Source: a virus. Taken from it: a stretch of 64,000 bases of DNA. The stretch covers positions 48,658-112,657 of IMG/VR virus record IMGVR_UViG_3300032245_000936; one strand, 5' to 3'. Made by a program: the position numbers and the translations under genes. Each line of letters starts with the position of its first letter. Positions within the stretch are counted from its first letter, which is position 1. A model generated the notes under the pieces. It was not told the origin of the DNA. It was given only the letters and a program-made list of their open reading frames with translations, and made no database searches. Of the stretch, positions 1-8,792 are shown one piece after another.

Positions 1-308
1 GTATCAAAACGAGGCAGTAAATCGCGATAGCGTTTGATAAACAATCCGTTGGTATTGATACTAGGGCGGCAACCTTTTGCCTCCAATGCGTCTAGTATGT
101 AAACAATGTCCTCACGTTTCATTGTACCAACTTCGCCACCGCTGAGTGTTACATTATAGCCAGGTATTATTTTATCTATTTTTTCTTTAACCTGATCCAT
201 GCCAAGTTTAGGACGATTGTGTGTGTCCACACAGCAATAGTTACAATGCCATTGGCATACCCATGTAACCACAAGTTCAATTTCTTTTTCTTTTGCTTGT
301 ATTGCCAT
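1..308 (-). CDS. Radical SAM protein (partial, runs off window); not in the ORF track
   Basis: Manual translation from ATG at 308: MAIQAKEKEIELVVTWVCQWHCNYCCVDTHN...TLSGGE...SINTNG. CxxxCxxC and GGE motifs; TGATG overlap with the upstream stop. Confidence 0.9.
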   Translation of the reverse strand, partial: MAIQAKEKEIELVVTWVCQWHCNYCCVDTHNRPKLGMDQVKEKIDKIIPGYNVTLSGGEVGTMKREDIVYILDALEAKGCRPSINTNGLFIKRYRDLLPRFD

Positions 309-889
309 CAGTGCCACCTTGCCACAACTGTAACAAACTCATCCAGGCTATATGGATGAACCTTGTGCCCGTGTTGGTTGAAGAAGTCCATCATTAGATT
401 CAAACTAATCTTGCGTTGACTACGTACATCAGGCAACAACAAGAACTTGATATGAGGATACTTCTCTATCATTTTATGTATGCTTCCATCCAGGAAGTTT
501 GTATTGGTTACTACCAATGCGTAGAACACATGATCTAATTCTAAATTAGGAAACTCTATGTCGTCGGGCAGATACTCCACGCAATGATAATGTATCTTTC
601 CAAACTCATGTACCAATGGCATGTGTTGCCTGAAGAACAACCCGTTTGTCAACAGGTCAATTATACAGTTCTTGTCCTTGAGCAGTTTTATTATCAACTC
701 CAACTGCTCACGTTTCAGTAACCCAGGCTCTCCTCCGCCAAACGTGACCTCTGTGTCGGGTTCAATGGCCTTTACCCTGCGTAGTACTTCTTCAAAAGGC
801 AGCTCTGGTTGGTTGTGTATATCTGCAACACAATAGTCACAGTGCCAGTTGCACTTGTTGGTTAAAGGCAATTCAATTTCTTTTTTCAT
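308..889 (-). CDS. Short radical SAM protein
   Basis: CNWHCDYC, GGGEP, LLTNG. Likely start MKKEIEL at 889 (ATGA overlap with the upstream stop) rather than 931. Confidence 0.88.
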   Translation of the reverse strand: MKKEIELPLTNKCNWHCDYCVADIHNQPELPFEEVLRRVKAIEPDTEVTFGGGEPGLLKREQLELIIKLLKDKNCIIDLLTNGLFFRQHMPLVHEFGKIHYHCVEYLPDDIEFPNLELDHVFYALVVTNTNFLDGSIHKMIEKYPHIKFLLLPDVRSQRKISLNLMMDFFNQHGHKVHPYSLDEFVTVVARWH

Positions 890-1560
890 CTCAATGCCTT
901 TAACTTGCGGATATTGTTTACTTCCCAGCAACTGGTAATCAAATGTAGATAGCTGTCAGGTGCAATACGATCTTTATACTGATTATATACTTTGAATCCA
1001 TTGGCTCTGCTCAATCCTTTGCCAATTACATTATCTGCTCCAAATACTAAAAATCTGATATCCGGATATTGATTGATATAAAAGTCCAAACGGTGCATGG
1101 TATCATCTGTGATTACCAATTGAAAATCAATTTTGGATATATCAACGTGCTCAGGAATCCAAATGTCATCATTGTCTAAATGTTCACTACAGTGATATAA
1201 AAAACTGTCTGGGATATGGCATAGATTTTTGTGTTTTTTAAAAAATGTTCCATTGGTGTTTACATTAACAAAGCATCCTTTATTCTTTAACTCTGTTAAC
1301 ACCCATTCCATAACAGCATGATCAATGAGCCCTGGCTCGCCACCAGTTAATGCAACATCACTGTTTCCTGGTATTGCTTCAACTTTTTGTTTTATGTCAT
1401 GATAGGTTACATCAGCTCTGTTGTGTGTGTCCTCAGAGCAGTAGTCGCAGAACCAATTACACTTATAGGTTAGGTACAAGGTATAACTGTTAGCTCCATC
1501 AAGTCCTCCTTGAAAGAATTCATAGTTGTCGTGCTTTACTCTTGGCAATTGATTGCTCAT
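886..1560 (-). CDS. Short radical SAM protein
   Basis: CNWFCDYC, LTGGEP, VNTNG; paralogous to its two downstream neighbours. Confidence 0.9.
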   Translation of the reverse strand: MSNQLPRVKHDNYEFFQGGLDGANSYTLYLTYKCNWFCDYCSEDTHNRADVTYHDIKQKVEAIPGNSDVALTGGEPGLIDHAVMEWVLTELKNKGCFVNVNTNGTFFKKHKNLCHIPDSFLYHCSEHLDNDDIWIPEHVDISKIDFQLVITDDTMHRLDFYINQYPDIRFLVFGADNVIGKGLSRANGFKVYNQYKDRIAPDSYLHLITSCWEVNNIRKLKALR

Positions 1561-2609
1561 TTGTAAAACCCTTTTCTATAAAAATTTACCTGTGTGATTT
1601 TTTCACCCGGAGCCGGAGTCAGTACCACATCTTTGATCTGTTTCTCAACACCATCACAGATGTAATAATGTTTACACTCTAAGCAGTCCTTGGTTTTATA
1701 GTATGTGCGGTTGCGTTTGAATGCGGCTGCATCATACATGGCCTTGAGTGGATCAGCGCGATATGTTTCAGGATCGATGTCACCATTGTATACCGCAATA
1801 TTCCAATCATATACATCATAGATATGTTGATAATAATTGCAAACGTATTGTTCATAGCCTGTCATGAAGCAATAAGGTGTGTACCTTACGTTGATTTTTT
1901 TAACTTGATCTTTTAACAAATCAATGGCCTGATGTACATAAGGTGTAACTTCAGCGTAGTTGATAGTGTCTTGTTTGCCAGCATCGTCCCAATAGTTGAG
2001 AGTGAGAAAGTTCACTTCAAAGGGTTGTAGTTCTTGCATCAGTGCCACAAACTTTGTGGGCAAGGATTTGTAGTTCCGGTGAGTCACTGTGCAATTAACA
2101 CGAACCAAAATGCCTAACTCATGTGCATTGTGTATGGCCTGGACAATATTTTCAAAGCCCTTGCGATGACCTACTAATATGTTGTGAGACTCTTTGTCAT
2201 AACCATGTACACTAAATAGGATTTCTTCTAGTCCGTGTTCTTTTGATTTTGCTAAGAATTCTTTATTGGCAAATTTGTACCCATTGCTCAGTGTACTGAT
2301 TTTCAATCCATGCCCGCGGCAGTAGTCTAGTATATCAAACCATTGCTTGTGAATACTGCTTTCTCCACCACTAAGGTCTACTTCTTTAATTCCACAAGCA
2401 ATCAAATAATCAATGCGTTCTTTTATTTTTTCAAACTCAGTTACTTCATCAAGCTGTGTTTTGTAATAGCAGAACTCACAACGATAGTTGCAATGTGTGC
2501 CAGTGTCTAGTTTGGCACGATTGCACATAGGCTCGTTACTATCAATCTGTAACTTATTGCTCAGCTCGTTGTATAGTCTCACGTTCAATCTCTTGGTATT
2601 GTTGGTCAA
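1557..2609 (-). CDS. Radical SAM protein with C-terminal CxxCx5C cluster
   Basis: CNYRCEFC, LSGGE, LSNG, FSVHG; C-terminal CLECKHYYICDG. Start (TTG) uncertain. Confidence 0.88.
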   Translation of the reverse strand: MTNNTKRLNVRLYNELSNKLQIDSNEPMCNRAKLDTGTHCNYRCEFCYYKTQLDEVTEFEKIKERIDYLIACGIKEVDLSGGESSIHKQWFDILDYCRGHGLKISTLSNGYKFANKEFLAKSKEHGLEEILFSVHGYDKESHNILVGHRKGFENIVQAIHNAHELGILVRVNCTVTHRNYKSLPTKFVALMQELQPFEVNFLTLNYWDDAGKQDTINYAEVTPYVHQAIDLLKDQVKKINVRYTPYCFMTGYEQYVCNYYQHIYDVYDWNIAVYNGDIDPETYRADPLKAMYDAAAFKRNRTYYKTKDCLECKHYYICDGVEKQIKDVVLTPAPGEKITQVNFYRKGFYK

Positions 2610-3399
2610 TTGGCTCTGGATCAGCCTGATATTTCTTTTTACTTGCCACCATCAATTTAAATGATGACACCGATTCTTTATAACAAGTCCTACTAAAACT
2701 ACTGCAATGATTTAAACATATACTTTGGCTATCAAAGAACTTGTATCTAATAGGGTGCTCTAATGCTTCCTTTAGTGACACTGTGTTTAGATTTGCAAAG
2801 GCCAACTTATCATTATAAGGAACATTGTCTTTTACGAACTTACAAAACATCACATCACCATTGGCCAATATCTTGGGCATACTGTGAAAATGGCATTTGA
2901 GTTTAGAGTTGAATTCTTCGTTTATTTTTGTGCCGGTGTAATTGAAAACATAGTTTCGATCGCGGCGCTCTAGGTTGTAACGTATACCGGCTGCATCAAG
3001 TTCATCAATTCGACGATGCACAATATCAAATAAATTTTTATCCATGCCGGTTAGCTCTTTGAACTTTTCTGGAGTGTCACCATAATAACTGATACAGAAT
3101 TTAATATTGGTCATACCAATTTTTTTCAGCTTCTCTACATTCACTGCGGTTACATTGGTAAACACAATGGTGTATTTCATATGCGTGTTTACAAAATCAA
3201 GCATTTCATAAATGTCAGGATGCAGGAATGGTTCGCCTTTTGCAGGAATCAAATCAACTTCTGTTATGCCCATTGCCTTTGCTTCTAAAATAATTCTTTT
3301 GAATAATTCTAGATCCATATACTGCGGCTCGGTGATATCTTTGGCTTTGCAAAAATAGCATTTGAAATTGCAATACTCAATGATTTCTACCACTATCAT
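2554..3399 (-). CDS. Radical SAM protein with twitch/SPASM-like C-terminus
   Basis: CNFKCYFC, KGEPFLHP, FTN; C-terminal C...ILANGDVMFC...ICLNHC. Confidence 0.88.
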   Translation of the reverse strand: MIVVEIIEYCNFKCYFCKAKDITEPQYMDLELFKRIILEAKAMGITEVDLIPAKGEPFLHPDIYEMLDFVNTHMKYTIVFTNVTAVNVEKLKKIGMTNIKFCISYYGDTPEKFKELTGMDKNLFDIVHRRIDELDAAGIRYNLERRDRNYVFNYTGTKINEEFNSKLKCHFHSMPKILANGDVMFCKFVKDNVPYNDKLAFANLNTVSLKEALEHPIRYKFFDSQSICLNHCSSFSRTCYKESVSSFKLMVASKKKYQADPEPIDQQYQEIERETIQRAEQ

Positions 3400-4289
3400 A
3401 TTATGCCTTTAAGGATGTCCACTATCTCATCATTGGGCTTTAGATGGATGCTGTCAAACTTATAGTCAATATCCCAGCGTCTCCAATACAGTCCTAGATC
3501 TTCTGCCCAGTAATCTATATCATGATAAATTACCTCTTTGCTGTAGTATTTACATTCGGCTATGAAACGAGGCGAACAATCCCACTTTCTTTCAACTGGA
3601 GTGTACACATACGTGGTAAACTGTTCAAACAGATTGTCTACTGGTGGAAGTATAAACGTAATTCCAGTCACTGGAGTTGGTTGATTTTCTGCATTGGTAA
3701 TTGCAACAATAGGTTTATTGTATCTTGCAAAGTCTGCCCAATCTTTTATATTGCGGCAGTTTTTGGTGGCATACAGCAATATTTGATTTTTGCTTTCGCC
3801 AATGGTTTTTAGTCGACTAAAGAGTATTTTCTTTTTATAGTTGATTCCGTTGGTTTTGACAGGATCATACACACGGTCGTCTTGTAAGATGTAGACGTTG
3901 TGTTTATCATTGTCTTTGATCTCTTTGTTTCCGCAAGCAAAGAAGATGATGTTGTCAAATAACAGCGTGTACTCTTGTGCATTTACAATACCTCCGTCTG
4001 TAAATAAAATATTACGGCCACGTAACAAACTAGGGCGATTGCCGAACACAGTATGTGCGCGAATATCGGCAATTTCATGATCTGTAAAATCATACTTGTT
4101 TCTAATACTTCTCTCAACGGTTTGCCAATCAATATCTTCTCCTAAAAAAATTCCCACTTTAAAATGATCTTTGAGTACGTGATAGTAGTCAAATACTTCA
4201 AAGGTATGTCCACACACGCCGTGATTGTTGTTGCTCCAGGTATAGCTGAGCCAGAGATCGTACGAAGGATCTAATTGTATTATTTTCAT
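3396..4289 (-). CDS. Hypothetical protein, possible GT-B fold glycosyltransferase
   Basis: C-terminal DCSPRFIAECKYYSKEVIY resembles the GT-B nucleotide-sugar-binding helix motif; similar to the neighbour at 4286-5074. Confidence 0.5.
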   Translation of the reverse strand: MKIIQLDPSYDLWLSYTWSNNNHGVCGHTFEVFDYYHVLKDHFKVGIFLGEDIDWQTVERSIRNKYDFTDHEIADIRAHTVFGNRPSLLRGRNILFTDGGIVNAQEYTLLFDNIIFFACGNKEIKDNDKHNVYILQDDRVYDPVKTNGINYKKKILFSRLKTIGESKNQILLYATKNCRNIKDWADFARYNKPIVAITNAENQPTPVTGITFILPPVDNLFEQFTTYVYTPVERKWDCSPRFIAECKYYSKEVIYHDIDYWAEDLGLYWRRWDIDYKFDSIHLKPNDEIVDILKGII

Positions 4290-5074
4290 CTGAGCATTGC
4301 CTTTACCATTACATCATCTTGTGTCAGTGTGTAATTAGTCAGTCCGTTTTGTTTGATATCATTGTAGCGTAGCATGATTGAATCTACACCTGTATAGACT
4401 TCTTCTACTGTGACTTGTTTATTGTAATAAAATCCCTCAGGGATGATTCGATTGTTGCTGTCTCGTACCACATGTATATAATGCACTGCATCAATCAATT
4501 CAAACAAGTTGCCTACTCCAGTGTGTTGCTTCTTTAGTATAATTGGTCGATTGAACTGTTTCTTTAATCGTTCATATTCAAATCGAATAAACTGTGGGTC
4601 CAGACAACTCACAAACACGCCAGGTGCTGAAGTTGTTAGCTGTGGGAATATTTCAAAGTTTAATTTTAGATAGCAGAACACATCGTAGTATTGAAAATCA
4701 TAGCTTCCGTAGTAGGTTACAGATCTTTGATTGCGGTAGCGGAACCATTCGTGTTCTTCGTTGCTAAAACAATGTACTTCGTTGGTGAAAAACTCTCGGC
4801 ATTGACGAAATGTATCAACATCCAGTACCAGAGTTCTGTCTAGATCAAGTTGATAGAGTTCGGTGAGTTTGATTGGAACAATGCCGTCTGTGAAAATTTG
4901 ATATTTTTGAGAAAGTATGTTTGCGACGAGGCGAAGATCGCCTTCTGTTATGCCTATAACATAAAATTGAACATCAGTATATTTTTGTAAAAACTTAAAA
5001 TATTCAAAGCAGTAAAACAGAGTTCCGTTGATCTTGTTATGTGGTTTGTGTTTGTACACCACTCCAAGTTTCAT
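4286..5074 (-). CDS. Hypothetical protein, possible GT-B fold glycosyltransferase
   Basis: INGTLFYCFEYF N-terminus and DSNNRIIPEGFYYNKQVTVE C-terminus parallel the neighbour (VCGHTFEVFDYY; SPRFIAECKYYSKEVIY). Confidence 0.5.
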   Translation of the reverse strand: MKLGVVYKHKPHNKINGTLFYCFEYFKFLQKYTDVQFYVIGITEGDLRLVANILSQKYQIFTDGIVPIKLTELYQLDLDRTLVLDVDTFRQCREFFTNEVHCFSNEEHEWFRYRNQRSVTYYGSYDFQYYDVFCYLKLNFEIFPQLTTSAPGVFVSCLDPQFIRFEYERLKKQFNRPIILKKQHTGVGNLFELIDAVHYIHVVRDSNNRIIPEGFYYNKQVTVEEVYTGVDSIMLRYNDIKQNGLTNYTLTQDDVMVKAMLR

Positions 5075-5075
5075 A

Positions 5076-5690
5076 TTAAAATCTTGCGTAGAAGTCTTCT
5101 AAAAAGTTTTGTTCTATTGTTTTAACTTCTTCTTGTGTGTTAGACAATTTAATTGCAGTGCGGAATGCACTGAACTTTCTTTCTAGCTGTGCCACAGATT
5201 CAATTTCATCTTTGTAGTTTAGATAATCTTCTAACTTGGTAATCAGTTTCTCGTCGCCGGTTTCAAGTATTTCCAAATACTTTTCTTCACGGTTGTCATT
5301 GGTGATGAAATATCCAGCATTGGCTAGATCGTTGTTGAGCATGATAAATCCATACATGGTCAGCCCAGCAATCTTGGAAAGCTCTGGTGTAATCAACATG
5401 CGAATTTTTATCATGGCTGCATTTCTTGCTTCCTGGAGAGGGTCTGTTTCCATAAGGTCAATGACCTCAAACTCCCCGGGCAATACTTCCGTGGTTCTGA
5501 GAGTTTTACTGATATGAATAGTTTTGTTTTCAACCACTGCTTTTTTCATCATCTCAGCACTCATGTAACTGAGTTTGAGATATTTTTCTTGGTGGTCCGC
5601 CGGGGCATCTAATGTGTTGTTGACCACATTAGTTACCCGGTAGTAAGTGCCGCAGTCAATGACGTGGGCCAGATCGTAAAGCATTGTCAT
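5076..5690 (-). CDS. Hypothetical protein, possibly a fibre-assembly chaperone-like helical protein
   Basis: ORF directly downstream of the S74-containing gene. GAGGA RBS before ATG at 5690 (track start 5714 is TTG). Helical C-terminus. Function inferred from position only. Confidence 0.55.
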   Translation of the reverse strand: MTMLYDLAHVIDCGTYYRVTNVVNNTLDAPADHQEKYLKLSYMSAEMMKKAVVENKTIHISKTLRTTEVLPGEFEVIDLMETDPLQEARNAAMIKIRMLITPELSKIAGLTMYGFIMLNNDLANAGYFITNDNREEKYLEILETGDEKLITKLEDYLNYKDEIESVAQLERKFSAFRTAIKLSNTQEEVKTIEQNFLEDFYARF

Positions 5691-5716
5691 AATTGATTCC
5701 TCATTGTATACCAAAT

Positions 5717-6385
5717 TCAGATTGGTAAGAGTTTATAGTTCACCATGTAAAATCCGCGAGCATCCTTCTTTAATGCTTGTTCATGTTTGGTTCCAACTAG
5801 TTCTTGAGCAATAACGCCAACATACTCTGTGGCTTTGTCCCAGATATATGTCCAAGAATAGATATTCAGACCATTGCGTGTTTCAATGAACTTGATGTTT
5901 TCTTTGAGACGTTGATCACTGTAGTTACAACCGCAGTCGTTGTGACAACTACAAACGTTGTTACAGGAGCAGTCTGAATTACAAATACAATCTTGGCGAA
6001 TTACATCGTAACGTGCTTTGAGCTCCGTCCAATGAGTAATCTGTACCTTTGTGCCTGCGGCCAGCGAAGCCGGAACTGTGGTCAGATATGCTACCATAGT
6101 ACGAAGATTGTTGTATTGTCCTGACGTGGCTGTGGTTGCGCCCGGTGAAAATGCAGTTCCCTCATACAATGTGTATGGGCCGTAATCGCCATGAGAATCA
6201 TAACGAGCAATCTCGTCACGAATACTGCTACGTAATAAATTTATATCTGCGGCTGTTACCTTACCACCTTGAGCCCATTCATTACTCATGGTAATGGCTC
6301 TGTTAGTAGAGCAGCCAGGACGGTGATTTGAACAGGATGATGTGCCTGTTCCGTGGTCAGTGCAGTGTGAACCAGAGCATGCCAT
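5717..6385 (-). CDS. Cys-rich protein with C-terminal Peptidase S74 intramolecular chaperone domain
   Basis: N-terminal MACSGSHC...SC...GC; (CxCxxx)4 block CICNSDCSCNNVCSCHNDCGCNY followed directly by SDQRLKENI...GVIAQEL...VNY, the S74 autocleavage signature. Confidence 0.85.
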   Translation of the reverse strand: MACSGSHCTDHGTGTSSCSNHRPGCSTNRAITMSNEWAQGGKVTAADINLLRSSIRDEIARYDSHGDYGPYTLYEGTAFSPGATTATSGQYNNLRTMVAYLTTVPASLAAGTKVQITHWTELKARYDVIRQDCICNSDCSCNNVCSCHNDCGCNYSDQRLKENIKFIETRNGLNIYSWTYIWDKATEYVGVIAQELVGTKHEQALKKDARGFYMVNYKLLPI

Positions 6386-6389
6386 TTGG

Positions 6390-7565
6390 TTAAGTTCCTT
6401 CCATTTCTAATTGTTTTGCTTTTTCAGTAACAACTTGTAATTCGTTGTCAAGGTAGGATTGAACGGTTCTATCAATTTCACCAAATGCCTTAAAAAAGCC
6501 ACACATGTTGTTTACCCAACGATCAGTCCAACGATCGAAGTAATCTTCTTTTTTGCTATTGTCTAAACTGGACACTGGGCAAATCATACAAGTCGTAGCA
6601 ACACAGCCTTTGCAAATATCTGAAACTGTACGAATTGGAATGCTGTATGTTTCACTCATCTTGGCTACGTCGTCAACAAAACTGTCTTGGTCAATACTAC
6701 TGCCTCTCATGAGTTCTTTGTTTGGACTGTACAAAGATCCATGGCAAGCATAGCTTTGTCCATCAACGTCAATGGCGTGCATGTTGGCACCAGACGCACA
6801 GTGTACTTTTGTGTCGCCGCCGTCAAACCATGACATCAAATGATGATTGTGCTCACGATAGAATTTGATTTCTTCTCGCGCAACCATTAACATTTCTTTT
6901 CTAAAATCTTCAATCATCTTAGGCAAGTCGCCAGATGGAATCTCATTCACATAATCAATTGTAGGAGCATAGGTCACTGTGATATTTCTACCAATGCTGT
7001 TTAGACGTTGGTGTAAATCACGGAAGTCTAACCAAGTCTTGTAAAGACCAGTCATGCTCTTGAGAGGAATGGTGCTTTTCAATGAGATGTTAATACCTTT
7101 ACGTGCAAAGTATTCAATGTTCTCTACCACTGTGGAGCTGGTTGGTTTACCAGTGTGAGTTAAACGGAATTTGTCATTGATGTCTTTTCCGTCGTAACTG
7201 ATTTGAATCTGTAGTTTGCTAGTATCTACTGCATCAAAAATATCTTCTAGGCGCTTGCGGTTATAACCATTGGTGTAGATATGAAATTCAATCTCAGGAT
7301 ACTCATTGAATTCATTCATTACATCAATAATCATTTTACCATTTAGTGTTGGCTCACCACCCCAGAAGCTGATGTTCAAGCTGTCATATTTGTTGCGGAA
7401 CCAAGGTGACTTTCTTAGTTCGTGAATACGCTGTTTAACTAGATCTAGTTTGTCGTCTAGACGTTGTTTGTTGGTCTTCACACCCTCAAAGCAATAGGTG
7501 CAACCCAAGTTGCACAAAGCAGTGGTGGTGATTTCGATAGTAAATTGTCCTAAACGTTCATTCAT
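6390..7565 (-). CDS. Radical SAM/SPASM-domain protein (anSME/peptide-maturase-like)
   Basis: CNLGCTYC, FWGGEP, YTNG, ISYDG; SPASM-like HCASG...DVDGQSYACH...CKGC...CMIC...C. Confidence 0.9.
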   Translation of the reverse strand: MNERLGQFTIEITTTALCNLGCTYCFEGVKTNKQRLDDKLDLVKQRIHELRKSPWFRNKYDSLNISFWGGEPTLNGKMIIDVMNEFNEYPEIEFHIYTNGYNRKRLEDIFDAVDTSKLQIQISYDGKDINDKFRLTHTGKPTSSTVVENIEYFARKGINISLKSTIPLKSMTGLYKTWLDFRDLHQRLNSIGRNITVTYAPTIDYVNEIPSGDLPKMIEDFRKEMLMVAREEIKFYREHNHHLMSWFDGGDTKVHCASGANMHAIDVDGQSYACHGSLYSPNKELMRGSSIDQDSFVDDVAKMSETYSIPIRTVSDICKGCVATTCMICPVSSLDNSKKEDYFDRWTDRWVNNMCGFFKAFGEIDRTVQSYLDNELQVVTEKAKQLEMEGT

Positions 7566-7795
7566 TGTGTGTCTTTCCCCATGGTCATAATTTCATCTAA
7601 AATGCTCATCATACGATCATCTGAAACTTTTTCTTCTTCAGGTTGAATAATCAACGCCATTTCAGCTGCCATGTGTAAAAGTTTATCGGATTCGTCCTGA
7701 AATTCTTGCACATTTGACAAGTGTTTGGATGCTTCCAGTAGATGATTGCTGGCATAAAACAGCGCCTTGTTCATCTTTTTAATGCTAGTTGACAT
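7562..7795 (-). CDS. Small helical hypothetical protein between two SPASM enzymes
   Basis: ORF overlaps both neighbours (translational coupling); ATG at 7795. Confidence 0.65.
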   Translation of the reverse strand: MSTSIKKMNKALFYASNHLLEASKHLSNVQEFQDESDKLLHMAAEMALIIQPEEEKVSDDRMMSILDEIMTMGKDTQ

Positions 7796-8792
7796 TCTCA
7801 ATTTCCTCTTTAAGTTGTTGTATAAAGTACGGATTGCTACCTAGCTCTTGTGACATCCTACTTACTTGCCTGTAAGTGTATTTATATATGCTACAGAGCT
7901 CCACGATAGGACCTTTGTTTTTGATTTGCTCAAATAAACAGCCTTTTTCGCAGTAGTTTTTTACTTCGCAGGATTGACACTCGGGCATTTGTGCATATTT
8001 GGGTATTTCTGCAATCAGCTCGGGTGCTTTGGTAAAACGTGTGCAGGGCACAATCTTGTTGTCGCTGAACATGAATATGTCTGTTCCTGCGCCGCAGTTG
8101 TGTTTTTCTAATCCTTTAACTTTGTAATTTAAAAAATGGCGAAGATAAAATGTGATGAAAAACGGCATCTGCTCATGCGGATTTGCGATGTACCAATCAA
8201 ACAGTTCTTCGATACCTGCTTTGAGTTTTTCCACACTAGCAGAATCCCATACATCAACGTCACGTACCAGCGTAAGCTCTGGATTCACTCCAAAGTGCTT
8301 TTTTATAAACAAATGATTTTCCAATAGGTTATAGCAACCCTTGTAAATCATTGTGTGCATACGTAGGTTGGGTATCTGTTTGAATAGATCTGCTTTTTCT
8401 AAAAATCTATGTGAGGTTTTGCGACCGTTTAACTGTAGCCTATATTTGTCTTGCCACAGTCCGTCAAAACTCACAGATGTTTCAATTTGTTCTTTAACTA
8501 GGTACTCCAGTATTTCATCTGTTAACAACAACCCATTCGTGGGCATGAATAATTTTACATTGCCATCTTCACGTACACCATCTACTATACGCTGAATCAA
8601 ATCAAATTGCAACAGGGGCTCACCCCCAAAAAAATCAATCTTGATACGTTCAGTCGGGTGTTGTTCCCGCATCTTTCGAAACTCATCAAGATACATGTCT
8701 ACATCAATGGCTTTTTTGCTCCATTTATCCACGTCACAGTAGGTGCAATTTAGATTGCACTTTTCTGAAAGGACCACAAGCAAGGTTTTCAT
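7785..8792 (-). CDS. Radical SAM/SPASM-domain protein
   Basis: CNLNCTYC, FFGGEPLL, PTNG, VSFDG; SPASM CGAG...VPC...CQSCEVKNYCEKGC...C. Confidence 0.92.
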   Translation of the reverse strand: MKTLLVVLSEKCNLNCTYCDVDKWSKKAIDVDMYLDEFRKMREQHPTERIKIDFFGGEPLLQFDLIQRIVDGVREDGNVKLFMPTNGLLLTDEILEYLVKEQIETSVSFDGLWQDKYRLQLNGRKTSHRFLEKADLFKQIPNLRMHTMIYKGCYNLLENHLFIKKHFGVNPELTLVRDVDVWDSASVEKLKAGIEELFDWYIANPHEQMPFFITFYLRHFLNYKVKGLEKHNCGAGTDIFMFSDNKIVPCTRFTKAPELIAEIPKYAQMPECQSCEVKNYCEKGCLFEQIKNKGPIVELCSIYKYTYRQVSRMSQELGSNPYFIQQLKEEIENVN

